Program-made: the position numbers and the translations under genes
The notes under the pieces: model-generated
The model's input: only the letters and a program-made list of their open reading frames with translations
Databases searched by the model: none
What the model was told of the DNA's origin: nothing
NCBI GenBank assembly: GCA_964016885.1
Contig: OZ024760.1
Location: 4,712,001-4,776,000, forward strand
DNA from: Eledone cirrhosa
Taxonomy: Eukaryota
Length of the DNA: 64,000 nt
Reading direction: 5' to 3'
In this document: in pieces, positions 30,256-43,808 of the stretch
Position numbering within the stretch: position 1 is the first letter of the stretch
Layout of the letters: each line of letters starts with the position of its first letter

Positions 30256-33200
30256 ATGGCTGATACTGCAGCTCCCTTGATTGTCGGCGGCGATAGAACT
30301 TCTGGTCAGACAGTTCGGACTCAAAATGGTAATTAATTCTTTATTTTACACTGTGTCCTAACTATCTTCAGCTTATTGTGTTGCTGTCTTTGTTCTCACC
30401 ATATTGCCATCGCTTTACTTTTTCTATAACCGATCTCTCTCCCACATGGTAACCCCCCCCCTCTTCTCACGTGTGATCTTCTAGAAGATTCTTGTCTGTA
30501 AAATAAATTATATATATGTCTCATTGGCTGTTGTTTTTGATATTTCTGCAAATAAAGTTTCTTATTCGATTCCAATAGCAAACTTAAATAGATTATTTCA
30601 TAGGTTTATTGTATAAAATTTTCCGTACAACTTATATACTTATTAATGGCCGTGTTATAATACCATTTAGTTATATATATTACGACTGTTATAATATTGA
30701 AAATAATCGATACTTGGTAATTGCAGGGTTGTCGGTATGAGTATGTCTTTGTAGGGAAATACCAACGTATTTGATAGACGGATATAGACATCTCATCTAT
30801 GGGCATCTATCTGTCTGTCTATCTATATATCGACTAACTTTTAAATTCCATCTGTGATAACATTTTACACGTTTTTATTGTATGTAAACTTCCCCCTTTG
30901 TATTTGTCCCCTTCTTTTGTGCCCCTGTGGCTAATAAAGAAATATATCTATATATCTCTTTGTCCCATGTTCCTTTGCATGTATATATGAATAATACTTC
31001 GCTTTTGTATTTGTTTTGCAAGTTTCTTGGTGTAAGATCTTGTGTTGAAACATATATTCATATAGTTTGGGCGGGTCATGCTGATGATAAAAACACATGC
31101 ACCAGTAAATCTCAATACAGTCAGCTAACTAGTCAATTCTTGGGTTAGTTTAGTACCGGTTAGTTATTTAATTGTCAAAGCTCTTTCACCACACATTCTG
31201 CCAATTTGCCGCCAACAAAATACTCAATATATTGACTTAATGGTTCCAAAAATGAATTCCCTTACTTGGGTTATGGTGGTCGTTGTTTAGCCCTAGGTCA
31301 GACCTAATGGAGTATAATGAAAGTGTTTCAACCATGTTCACCCCGCCATTCTCTTGAGTATTGTGTTCTATGACTATGTTAACTACTCAATGCGTCCTTC
31401 CTTTTTGTCAAAAGCGTACAGTTCAATTGGAGATAGATAGCTGTCATTTCCAGCTGGTCGAAAGACCACACACGGGTTAATGCATCTCACCTAGATATAT
31501 TCGAGTACTCTACAAAGTGCTGAGATGCGTTCCTGCGTGCATTTTATCTTGGCACCATCACTAGAAAGGTTGTCATATTTTTGTTACAGTTGAAGGGTCC
31601 TTCAAATCCTGGAATCTTACCAGTATTCATAGATTTATAGAGGAGGGTGGCTGTGAAGGCCATCTAGTCCTACAAGAAAAGAAAAAAATCTTCCTTTGGA
31701 TCTAATGCCAAAATGTTTGAAATTTATCGTTACTATTCATCATCATCTTCCACGCCAGCATGGGTTGGACGATTTTGTCTCAGTTGGGGCGAGATTGTTC
31801 GGGAGACCGTGTCTAGCTCGTACAAAACTGTCTCTGGCAGTTGATTTAATTGACTAGTCCTGCCTCCTTGAAATTTTATGATAGGACTAGCATTAAATTA
31901 GAAGTCTCCTTGTTGGAGTCCAAAGCTAAACCTGCATAGGTGTGAGCTATAAAATTCATTTTTCTTTTTCTTTATGTTCTTCCCAAGGACCACTTTGCTT
32001 TTCCTTTTTCTGGGGATAAAATAAAGTTCTGGAGGGATTTACTTGAATTATTTCATGGATTAAGATGGTATTTCCAAGCGGAGATCAGAGAGTCACTCCA
32101 GGTAGAGCCAGTACTTCTCTGAATTGAGAGATCATAGCTCTGATACTATGGGCATGTGGGCTGCACTACAAGAAAAAAAATTCAATGTAATTTTTCGTTA
32201 GGTGTGTCATTTAGAAAACCAAATGGGTCATGGGTTGTACATGTATACATTGTACAAAGATGTAATTGCGTTGAGCATATATACATTGCACATAGATGTA
32301 GATGAGTTTTACATGTATATGATGTAGAGAGGTGTAGTTAGATTGTACATGTACACAGGACTGCCAACCTCTAAAAACCCAAACGGGAAGTACCATGAAA
32401 AGAAGTGCCCCAAAACATGGAGAAATGAGGCAAAATGGGGGGATGTTACATAATAAAAGCTATTCCCATTTTCACAAAAGAAGACCTCACACCCACCTCA
32501 AAGTTGGTGGGAGATCTCTCCATCGGACGGAAGAGTTGACAGGTCTGATGTATATGTTGTAGAGAGGTGTAGTTAGATTGTGCATATATACATTGTAGAT
32601 AGGTTGAGCATGTATATGTTGTATAGAGATGTAGATGGGTTGAGCATGTATCAGTTAGAAGTTTGTGTAATCCATTTGGCGGTTTTGTTATCAAGTGGTA
32701 CATGTTTGTTTTTCTTTTGGTTTAACCCTTTAGCATTTAAACTGGCTGTATCCAGCCAGACTATTCTTACCTCTTTCTCTTCAAACTAGCTGTAACCAAC
32801 CGTTCATACTGATGTTAAGGTATTGTTCTTAAAATAAATATCAAAATCTCATAGATTCGATATGTAAGTTAAAGCCTTTACCAGAAATATTGAGTAATGT
32901 AAATGCTAAAAGGTTAAATAATGTGAATTGCTTCAATACATTCCTTGTTTTATCCATGTTTTTTTTCTCTCTTCCATTGCAGTGATGGCAGCTTGTGCAA
33001 TTGCTAATATTATTAAAAGCAGTCTTGGTCCTGTTGGATTGGACAAAATGTTGGTTGACGATATTGGTGTAAGTAGTGAGAACATTAAAAAAATAAAATA
33101 TACAACTTTATGTATTAATTGGTCATATTATAATTTCCTTTTATTTTCTTTGATCGTCATTTTCGCGACCCTATTTCTAATGAAACATACTGCCTGTGAT

Positions 33201-36200
33201 TTTCAAATAATTTTAAAAATCGAGAATTTTAAGTGATTTAGTCTCTTTACTTTATTTCTAGTGATATTTCATTACCATATTTCTAATGAAATACACACTG
33301 TGTTTCAATTACCAAACATTTTGAGGTATTTAATAAAATAATTAAGGTTTTCATTAGTAAAGTGATATTTACAAAATTACTTCTAAACTTCCTAAAATAA
33401 AATTACATTGAAAGGTTTTTATACAGAGATAAACATTTAAAAGGAGCAGTTTTGTATCATAAATTCATGGCAGTCTTAGTCAAAGAAGTTAAGCTGGTGT
33501 TTGGAACATAGGTTCTTCCACAAAATTATGAAAACCAACAGTTTTGTATCATATAACAAAGGACGGTTTGGCATCAAAAGGATTAGCGTAATCACCAGCA
33601 GATGAGATATAAAACATTGAGTTTGAATAAAAGTTAAAAGTGGGTGGGGTGAAGAAAAAGAGATTTTAACTCTTTTGATAGTAACCCATCTAAAATCACA
33701 TCTAGTTCTGTGAAGAAAAAAAAAATCTTAAAAATTCATAGGCAGCAAATTGGCAGTCATTAGAAGATCACATAGAATGCTTTGAGGTATTCATTGTGGC
33801 TCTCAGTTCAAATCATGCTGAGGCCTTTCATCGCTTTGATGTAAATATACTCTCAATGCAGTAGAGATGTCGATTTTCCTCTATATCTCTTTGCTTATTT
33901 CTTCTCTTCTCTTATGGGTTGAATCAACTGTGTTAATATGTCTTGTTAAAATACTTTTTTATTAAATCACAATATCAACTGGAGTTAATTGCCTAATGCA
34001 TTCTTAACATCATATATTTGACCATCTTGTTTTTTTTCCCTCCTAGGACATAACAATCACCAATGATGGGGCTACAATCCTTAAGTTATTAGAAGTAGAA
34101 CACCCAGCTGCTAAGATTTTGGTAGAATTGGCTGAACTACAAGATAAGGAAGTAGGAGATGGAACTAGCAGTGTGGTAAGTAATTGTTAACTGTCATATT
34201 TAGGGCATCTATGAACATTAGAATTTACCCTCCCCACAAATCATTGGCCTTGTTCCTGAATTAGAAATCATCATTATTATTAGATTGGCAGAATTGGTAG
34301 AGCGTTGGGCATGCTTAGCAGAATAGTTATGGCGTTTATGTTCTGAGTTCAAATCCCACTGAGGTTAGCTTTGCCTTTCATTCTTACGTGGTTGACAAAA
34401 TAAAGTATCAGTAGTGCACTTGAGGCGATTTAATAAATTTTTCCCTTTCCCCCAAAAATTGTTGGCCTTGTGCCTAAATGAGTTCAAATCTTGCCGAGGC
34501 TAGCTTTTCCTTTCATCCTTATAAGGATTGATAAAAAAAAGTACCTGTAATGCACTGAGGTCGATTTAATCAACTCCCCCTCCTGCAAAATTGTTCCTCT
34601 TTGTCAGTGGTCCTCAAACACTCCTTCCAGCGGGTCCTGTCAGAAGCAACCGTCTCCAACTGATCCGGCTCGATCCCCAAGCATGACCAGCCAAGCTCAT
34701 GGGTGTTATCCAGTCATCTTGCCGGGGTCTACCCCCGGGTCTCCTACCTGTTGGTTTTGCCTGTAAAAACTGTCCAGCGATTCTTTCTTGGGACATTCTA
34801 ACCACATGCTCATAGTATCAGAGCTGTGATCTCTCATTGCGGAGAAGTAGCTGTTCCTCCTGGAATGGCTCTCTGATCTCTGAGCTATGTACTTTATGTG
34901 TTTGTGGTTGACAAGATAAATGCACCCAGTACACTCTGTGCATTGGTTGGGGATATAAAGGGAATTTAGCCATAGAAAACCTGTCGTACAAAAGGTCATG
35001 AGGATTTTTTAGCTCTATCATAAACATGACAACCTCTAGTGCTGGTACCATGGTGCCATGCATTCTGTACAGCACGGGATCATACATGAGATGCATGGCC
35101 CAGTCTACTAATGTTAGTTCTCATTTTCAGCTGAGTATATTGGAGCAACGGGAAATGGAGGGTTTTGCTTAAGAACTAGAGCTCCACTACATGCATACAT
35201 ACATGATAATTTTGTTATATTTCAGGTGATTTTGGCTAGTGAGTTGTTGAAGAATGCTGATGATTTAGTCAAAAGTAAAATCCACCCTACCACTATTATT
35301 AGTGGTTATAGATTGGCTTGCAAGTAAGTTCTTTATTTTTTATGTCTATATATTTCAGTGTGTCAATTTTGCAGCAACAATAATACAGAATAATACAATG
35401 CAGTTATACAGAAGACCCGCTTTCCCTACGTACAAAGTTAACCAAATATACACCCCAACCCACTACCCCTACTCCATCCTCCCAACACCACCCTTTCTCT
35501 GTAAAGTTATATTGGTACCACAACATCCAGTCCAATCTAAAGAGGTTGTGTAGGTGTCATGACAAAAATGCACCCAGTCCACGTTGTAAAGTGGTTGCGT
35601 AGAAGACAGGAAAAAGGCTCCCAGTCCACATTGTAAATATGGTTGGAAGGGCATCCAGCCATAGAAAACCTGCCAGATACAGTCAGTCCTATTCGAGCGA
35701 GACACGGTTATCCGATCAATCTTGCCTCGGGTGGGACAATTCCTGTCTAACTCATGCTAGCGTGGAAGATAGACATTAAACGATGATGATAATAATTGTT
35801 TCTACTTTAGGCACAAGGCCAGCAATAACCCAGTGCATTACTGGTACTTTATTTTATCGACCCCGTAAGGATGAAAGGCAAAGTCAACCTCGGCGGGATT
35901 TGAACTCAGATCGTAAAGGGACGTTACTATGCTGGAAAGCATGGCGTCCGACCTTCTACCGATACTGCCAATCCACTGCCCTATGATGATAATAATAATC
36001 TCTAGTGTTGGTGACATCATAGAACACCCATTATTCTCTGTAAAGTTAGTCAGTGATAGAAAGAATACAGAGGACTCTTCAGTTATATCAAAGCTATGAT
36101 GGCCTCCCTTGTGCTGCTGTCATTCTAGTGTTTCACACCGAGTAGAGTGGGAAGTTATGTAAACGAGATAAGGTCTGTAGAAACCATGTCAAAATTTAAA

Positions 36201-39200
36201 AAAATATGAGGTATTTCGATCTGTTTAGTTCAGCCTCAATACACGACAACCTGTCTAAGCCATTCAGCTAATGCAAACTTTGATTAGGAAGATCTATGAC
36301 CGGGGTCTGCGGCTGGATAGCCATGCAGCAGTGGCTCCGCGGACCGGATGCGTAATTAATACTACTTATATACAAATAAGTAATCATTTATTTATCCCTT
36401 ATGTTAGATTTGAAACAAAATTCAGTATTGATACTTAGAGCTGTTTTATTCGGCAATATCGATAGATTGGGTGCAAACTGTACCGTTTTTAGAACCCTCG
36501 AGGCCAGGAGTTGGGGTCCCCTGATCTATGATTTTGTTGTGTTAAGTCTAATTGTTGTTCTATTGCAGGGAAGCTTGTCGTTACATTCAAGAGAACCTGT
36601 GTATTAACACTGATGAGTTGGGTCAAGATTGTATCCTCAGTGTAGCCAAGACCAGCATGGCCAGCAAGCTGATTGGATCGTATCCTTCTTTTTACTATTT
36701 CTTTTGTGTATTTCTCTTACTCCATCTCTCTCTCTTTCTTTCTCTCTCTCTCCATTAGGAATAATCTTTTGTCATTTTAATCCTATTAAGTCAGCAACTG
36801 TCTTTAATCACCAAGTATTTCATTTACAGAAAAGTTTTTAAAAAATAGGAAGTGTGTGCGAGTATATATATATGTACGTGTTTGTGTGTGTATGCACGCA
36901 GAAAGTAAATGGAAACAACACAGTACAGTGAAGAAATATTTTAGTTTCACTGTTGTTATAGTAGAGAAAGAGGCTTTGTTTTGGATACTAGTCCTTCATT
37001 AAAAGATAGAATGAGAAATAAAAGATGACAAATAACTTTGTATCTGGTTTAGAATAGGGGAATAGGCACGTGTATCCCTGGATGTTGTAAAAAGTACTGA
37101 AAGTGTTGGTGTCAAGAAGGGCACCAGCTGTAAAAATATTGCCTAAAAAATCCTATCCATTCCATGCTTGCATGGAAAAGTTAATATAAAAGATGAGGAT
37201 GATGGTATATACATTGTTTATATATATGTGTATGTGTGTTTATATGTCAACAAATGGAGAGAAAATGACAAAAAGGGAATGCTTTGCATGAAGTGTACAC
37301 TTAGATATAATCTTGGTGTCAGAATATAGTGGAGTGGGGCTATTCTCACAATTTCAAGACTAAAAAAAACTCCTTTTAGGGGAATCGAGTATGGGGGAGA
37401 ATTCCTGTCTTTTGGAATAATTTAAGCCTGCCATATCCGGTCAGAATACTCTCATCTCTTTCTGTTCTAACCGGCTGCTCATAAAGATAAGGTATTGTTC
37501 TCAAAATAAATAATACCAAAATCTCATAATTCAATATTATGTGAGATGATTATGTAAAATAAAGTGTTTACCATGAAAATACAATAATAAATTTGGAGTA
37601 ATGTAAATGCTAAAGGGTTAAGAGACAATGTGAGTGTAGACCATGTCTACAAAACATCTTGTACTCAAAAATGGACGTTAAATTGTGATAATGACTAGTG
37701 GTAGTTGTAGTAGTAGCTGCTGTATAGTTCTGCAGGTAGACAGTTATGAAAGGGGTAGTGTGAACTGGATCTCAGTAAAGGAACCTTCCTTGACATCTGC
37801 CCAGAGAAGCTGATTTTTTTGCCAGCATGGTCGTTGATGCTGTACATGCTGTGAAGATCACTGACAGCAGAGGAAATGCACGCTACCCAGTGAAAGCCAT
37901 CAATGTCCTCAAAGCCCATGGACGTAGCAGCAGGGAGAGTATCCTTGTTAATGGCTACGCTATCAATGTTACTGTTGCATCTAAAGGTGAGATCTTTGTC
38001 TTTTCCCTTTCTATTTAACACCCATTTCTTTTCAGTTATTATTGCTGGCTAAAATGAGTGGAAGTTTGTATATATTTAATGCTTTTTTTACCATATTTCT
38101 ACTGGAAAATACTGGCTATGACTTTCAAATAATTTTGGAAATAATCAAGAATTTGATGAGATTTAGTAATATACTGTATATACTCGAATATAAGCCCCGG
38201 AATATGTGACAAAAATAAAAATCAATGGTAAAATAGGTGATGCGCGTGGTCAGCTTATATACGGCATCTAAACAATGTGTTTAGCTGCTGCCTCGGTTTA
38301 TAGATGGAGTTTACCCATTTCTCAGACATAAAATAAAGGGTGTCGGATTCTATTTGAGTATAAACAGTAAATGAAATTACTTCTTTCAAAACCCTACCCA
38401 ATGTTGAAATAAACGAATACAACAAACCGAAATACAATTACTCAGATACAGATGCTGTGGTTATCACAAGTAATTAATCATCTTTAACCCTTTAGCATTT
38501 AAACTGGCCATATCTGACCAGACTTCTCTCACCTCTTTCTGTTCAAATCAGCCATAACTGGCTGCTCATACTGACGTTGAGGTATTGGTCTCAAAATAAA
38601 TAACAGCAAAATCTCATAGATTTGATATTATGTGAAATAATTATGAAATCACAAAAATAAAATCGTATATATAGAATAATGTAAATGCTAAAGAGTTAAA
38701 GCATAGCTTAACACAAGGTCCTTACATGAAATTTTAATGGAAGGCTTTTAGATAAATATAGACACTTTAACCCTTTCATGCCTGCATTTCTAATGAAATG
38801 CAGTCTATTTCAACTACTGTATTTCCCGGCTTTGAAGACACTACTTTTTTCCTAAAATAAGTCTCAAAAGTACCATGCATTCTGGAGACCGATGGTTGTT
38901 CGTTCCTCGTGCTTGTTCCCCCAAAACTAATGGCGGCTTTTTGGTTTTTTTTTGCATATCGGGGGGGGGGGGGGGTCAAATTTTTTGTCTCCTTGATGAC
39001 GAAGAGTCTTCAGCACCAGGTAATACGGTAAAAAATGATGAATTTTGAGGGATTTACTAAAATTTTAATTATTTCATTAACTAAGATATTCATTGACTTT
39101 TTCCTGTATCATGTCCCAGTCTTCTTACACACTGGCTTCTCATTTGTTTCCTTTCTCCTCAACAGCCATGCCAAAAAGTGTTACCAATGCTAAAATTGCC

Positions 39201-41539
39201 TGCTTAGATTTTGGTCTGAGGAAGGAGAAAATGAAACTTGGAGTTCAAATTCTCATTGATGATCCTAGCAAACTTGAAGATATTAGAAAAAGGTATTTAT
39301 GTTGAATTTTTTAATTGATTAATTTAAAAAAAAATTTTTTTTTAAAGAAATGCTTTACTTCATAATGTAGAGTGGTGGTGGTGTTGGCAATTATTAGATG
39401 TTCAATATCATAGACCAAGACATTTTAATGTGTTTAAAAAAAATACTACACCCTGATGATAAGCGAAGCGAAGGCATGTGGCCTTGTGGTTAGGGTGTTG
39501 GACTGACGATCAGAAGATTGTGGTCTCAATATCTGGCCTGGGTAGCAAGATAGGTTCTTGAGCAAGACACTTCATTTCGTATTGCATTTCACTGACATAG
39601 TTATCCCCATCCTGACCCCTGATATAGGGGTTCTCCGATCCCCACCATTGACGGGGTTAGTGCCACTACCACTGACATAAAGGTACCCCCACCTCCACCA
39701 TTGACATAGAGGAATCCCCATCCTCACCACTGACATAGAGGAACTCCTACCCCCACTGACAGAAATCACTACCTCCCCACCTCTACCATTGACATAGGGG
39801 AATTTCCATCCTCAGCACTGATGTAGAAAAACCCTACCTTCTCAACTGGCTTAAAGGAGCCTGCATTCAGGTGTTTATTACAAAAGACTTAAATTTCTGT
39901 ATGAAAATTTTTATAGCACACACGTGTGTGGGGGGGGGGGGGTATATGTATTTTGTGATTCTGTAATTCTTGCTTCTCCTCCACAGAGAATCTGACATTA
40001 CCAAAGAAAGGATCGAGAAGGTTTTAGCATCTGGGGCCAATGTCATTCTAACATCAGGTGGTATTGATGATTTATGCCTCAAGTACTTTGTAGAAGCTGG
40101 AGCTATGGCTGTCAGACGTTGTAAACAGGCTGACTTAAGAAGAATTGCCAAAGCCACAGGGGGTGAGTAGCAAATAAAGTATTTTCTGATATGTATGTTG
40201 TTATATGTCAGAACTCAGAAAGCAGGGAACAAATACCATAAGTCTAATGACTCTGACAATTCACCACTTATATGGTATTCGTTCTAGCTCTCTCTTCTCA
40301 GTTCAAATCCTGCCTTTCATCTTTTCGGGGTCGATAAAATATGTACCAGTCTATTACTGGGGTCGATTCTTCCTCTATATCTATTTTTCATTTTCTCTGG
40401 AAAAAATCTGCTGTACTCAGGCCTGGTTTACACCAGCCATTTAAATTTTATATAGTTTTAATTGTTTATTATTTATTTCTCATCCCAAAAGCTGTATTAC
40501 TGACAAGTCTGTCTAACCTGGAGGGTGAAGAAACCTTTGAGGCCTCTCAGCTAGGAAATGCTGAGGAAGTTTTCCAGGAACGGATTTGTGATGATGAATT
40601 GATAATTATTAAAGGGTGAGTTTTTCTTCCATCTTTAAAACCTTTTTTTTTTACCTTATTTCTAATGAAATATATTCTATTTCAAATAATTAATCTAGAA
40701 TTTGGAGTGAGTTTCTAAAATTATTAATTATTTTATTTCTAAGATAGTAAGTTAACATATGGTTCATATATAAGATTGTATTAAAAGATTTTTTATATAA
40801 ATAGGAAACCTTTATAATGGGTGGTTTGGGGTGGGTAAGTGTCTAAAGGGTTAATGAAGAATTCTGAGGGAGGATTTATTAAATTTATTATTTTATTACC
40901 GAGTTAGTAAGTTAACACACGGTTTGTATAGAAGATTTAATATAAATAGGAAGCCTTTTTTAATGGGTGGTTTTGTTTTCATAGAACCAGAACCAGTTTT
41001 GGGTGTATTGGTCTCAAGAGGGTTAAGACGTCTCTTTACACCCATTCATTGTGTACAGAGTGGACCAAAGGTTGCAATAAATAGGGAAAATAATTACATT
41101 TTTAAGTTTCCACGTAGAGCATGTTATATGAATAAATTGTTTCTTATAAAAACATCATTATTTTTCCTATGTATCGCGACTTTTAGTTCACCCTGTATAT
41201 ATAACCATGTATATTTGTATCCTTGTGTGTGTGTATATATATATAACCATGTATATTTGTATCCTTGTGTGTGTGTGTATATATATAACCATGTATATTT
41301 GTATCCTTGTGTGTGTGTATATATATATATAACCATGTATATTTGTATCCTTGTGTGTGTGTATATATATATATATAACCATGTATATTTGTATCCTTGT
41401 GTGTGTGTATATATATATATAACCATGTATATTTGTATCCTTGTGTGTGTGTGTATATATATATAACCATGTATATGTGTATCCTTGTGTATGTATGTAA
41501 TATATAACCATATATGTGTGTATCCTCGTGTGTGTCTGT

Positions 41540-41579
<40 letters not shown>

Positions 41580-43808
41580 ATATTGAGACACTTCTTCTTA
41601 TATTGCAGTCCTAAGGCTCGCACAGCAGCTTCAATCATCTTACGAGGTGCCAATGATTACATGTGCGACGAGATGGAACGATCGATGCATGATGCTATCT
41701 GTGTAGTGAAGCGTGTGCTTGAATCAAAGTCCGTTGTTCCAGGTGGAGGTGCAGTCGAAGCCGCACTATCAATATATTTGGAGAACTTCGCCATTTCATT
41801 GGTGAGTTGAGAGGGTTTTGTTCCCCCCACCTTCTGTTTAATAATTTAATCACATTAGTTAATATATTTACTATTATATTTTCATGCCCAGAGTTCTCTC
41901 ACCTCTTTCTGTTCAAACTGGCTGTAACTGGCCACTCATACTGACATCAAAATTTCATTATTTCAACATCATGTGAAGTAAAGACTTTACTGCGAAAATA
42001 CAATAGTAAATATATTTTCAATGAAAGACACTGCCCATAAATTTTTAATTACTTAGAAAATAATCGCGAATTTGGAGGGATTTAATAATATAATTAATTT
42101 TCTCTTATTATGCTGGTCTTAGGGATATTATGTAACAAAGGTTCTTCCATGAAATTATGATGGGAGATTTTTAATGCCAACTAGCTGTAGAAAACCAGCC
42201 AGGAGTGTTTCTGGCTGATTGGCATTAGGAAGGGCATCCAGCCAGAAACACTCCTATATGAGCGAGACACGGTCACCCGACCCAACTTGCCTCTAAATGG
42301 GACATAGCTGTCCAACCCATCGATGATGATGATTATTAAAAGGAATTGGTTTGTGTTGTAGAGCCAGAGCTGACTCCAGTCGCTTTGGTATCAAAAGGGT
42401 TAAAATTTCTTCCGTAAACTTATGAAGCTTTAACCTTCAGTGCCGTAGACGAGATAACACATCCTAACATGTTTGAACTCCTTTCCAACAGTTTATAACT
42501 TCAAATCTAGAGGGGGTTACTAGTTTATTGATGTGATGTTTGTCAATCACTCAGATATGTGTTGTTAATAAATGTTTGTTTAAAAAATAGTCATTTTACT
42601 GAGAAAAAAAAACCAGCACAGCAACTAGCTGTGTAAAATATTAAAATATATGCAGCAATCAACAGGTTAAAGCAAATTTTATATGAAAACTAGAGGCTTT
42701 GTCAGACAGGTTGGCATTAAAAAGGTTAAATGAAACTAATTGGTGAATATTTAAGGTTTGTAAAACCAGTTTGAAGCTTACTAACATTGTTGTATTCTAC
42801 ATTCCATACAGGGTTCCCGTGAACAGTTAGCTATGGCAGAATTTGCACATTCCTTGCTTGTCATACCCAAACAGTTATCTGTGAATGCTGCTCAGGACTC
42901 TACTGAGCTGGTGGCTAAATTGCGTGCTTACCACAATATGGCACAGACCATTGAAGGACATGGAGACCTTAAATTGTAAGTGTAATTTTTGGTGTTAAGA
43001 TTAACTCTAGTTATACTGATTCAAATTTCATGTGTTAATGCTGGCCAAAGGAGAAGTGGGTGTATTGAGATTGGGATGACTTGTTTATCCCTTTCATTAC
43101 CATATTCCTAAAGAAAGACAAAGCAGCAAATTTTTTAAATACTTAAAAGATAAGTATTGTAACATTCCAGTGTTGTCATCAGAAGGGAAGTAGGTGTAAA
43201 TACCAACCCTTACCTATAGCCTGAATCTTGGGTAATGACCAAAAGAATATGATCATGAATACAAGCGGATGAAATGGGATTCCTCCAAAGGGTCTTCGGA
43301 GTAACATTACTCGATAGTGTGTAGCTTGGAGAATCAGAGAGTCACTACTTCTCCGAATTAAGATCTTACAGCTCCAATAATACCGACGTGTTTAAAATGT
43401 CTGGGGAAAATCAGAAATCAGGGCATAGACCACAAGCATGATGGTTGGATAACATATATGAGCTTGGCTGGTCTTGTTTATGAATCCAGCTAGATCAATT
43501 GGAGACAGTTGCTTGAGGACCTTCACAGGAAATTCTTATAGTTTATTGTAGGTAATCCCTTAATTACACATCTATACCTGCAACAACTATATTTTTTTGT
43601 TTGTTTTATTTTTTTCAGAATTGGTTTAGATTTGTACGAAGGAACAGTACGTGACAACAAAAAGGCCGGTGTTTTGGAACCAACCCTATCGAAGATCAAG
43701 TCTCTAAAATTTGCTACAGAGGCTGCTATTACAATTCTCCGAATTGATGACATGATCAAATTGGCCCCCGAACCGAAGGAAAGGGATCCCCATGATGACT
43801 GCTACTAA
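30256..43808 (+). CDS. TCP1: T-complex protein 1 subunit alpha (CCT1), 12 exons, 550 aa
   Basis: Exons 30256-30328, 32983-33068, 34047-34175, 35226-35323, 36569-36679, 37805-37986, 39166-39292, 39987-40162, 40492-40615, 41609-41801, 42812-42975, 43619-43808 (1653 nt). Chaperonin motifs [43 protein letters not shown] and [19 protein letters not shown] at 44088-44093. Confidence 0.97.
30478..30492. promoter_or_regulatory. Perfect three-unit heat-shock element in TCP1 intron 1
   Basis: cTTCt-aGAAg-aTTCt matches nTTCnnGAAnnTTCn. E-box CACGTG adjacent at 30468-30473. Confidence 0.6.
34610..34890 (-). mobile_element. RTE-like LINE 3' fragment in TCP1 intron 3
   Basis: [28 protein letters not shown], same family as 26730-27030. 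Confidence 0.7.
36300..36523. mobile_element. hAT-type MITE in TCP1 intron 4
   Basis: Termini CCGGGGTC.../...GGGGTCCCCTG, flanked by the exact 8-bp TSD ATCTATGA (36292-36299 and 36524-36531). Confidence 0.75.
36680..37804 (+). other. U12-type (minor spliceosome) GT-AG intron, TCP1 intron 5
   Basis: 5' splice site GTATCCTTC at 36680. Branch site TTCCTTGAC at 37786-37794, with the branch A 11 nt from CAG at 37802-37804. No polypyrimidine tract. Splicing keeps the frame (IGS-EADFF). Confidence 0.9.
38174..38367. mobile_element. Tc1/mariner(pogo/Tc2)-type MITE
   Basis: TA-CTGTATATACTCGAATA...TATTTGAGTATAAACAG-TA. A similar class of element at 38817-39028. Confidence 0.65.
41056..41195. mobile_element. 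Tc1/mariner-type MITE
   Basis: TA-CAGAGTGGACCAAAGGTTGCAATA...TATCGCGACTTTTAGTTCACCCTG-TA. Confidence 0.55.

Noticed and set aside
40174-40262. Possible H/ACA snoRNA in TCP1 intron 8 (vertebrate TCP1 hosts snoRNAs)
   Set aside because: First hairpin, AAAGCA and ACAATT are present, but the second hairpin and pseudouridylation pockets are unconvincing; needs snoReport/Infernal.
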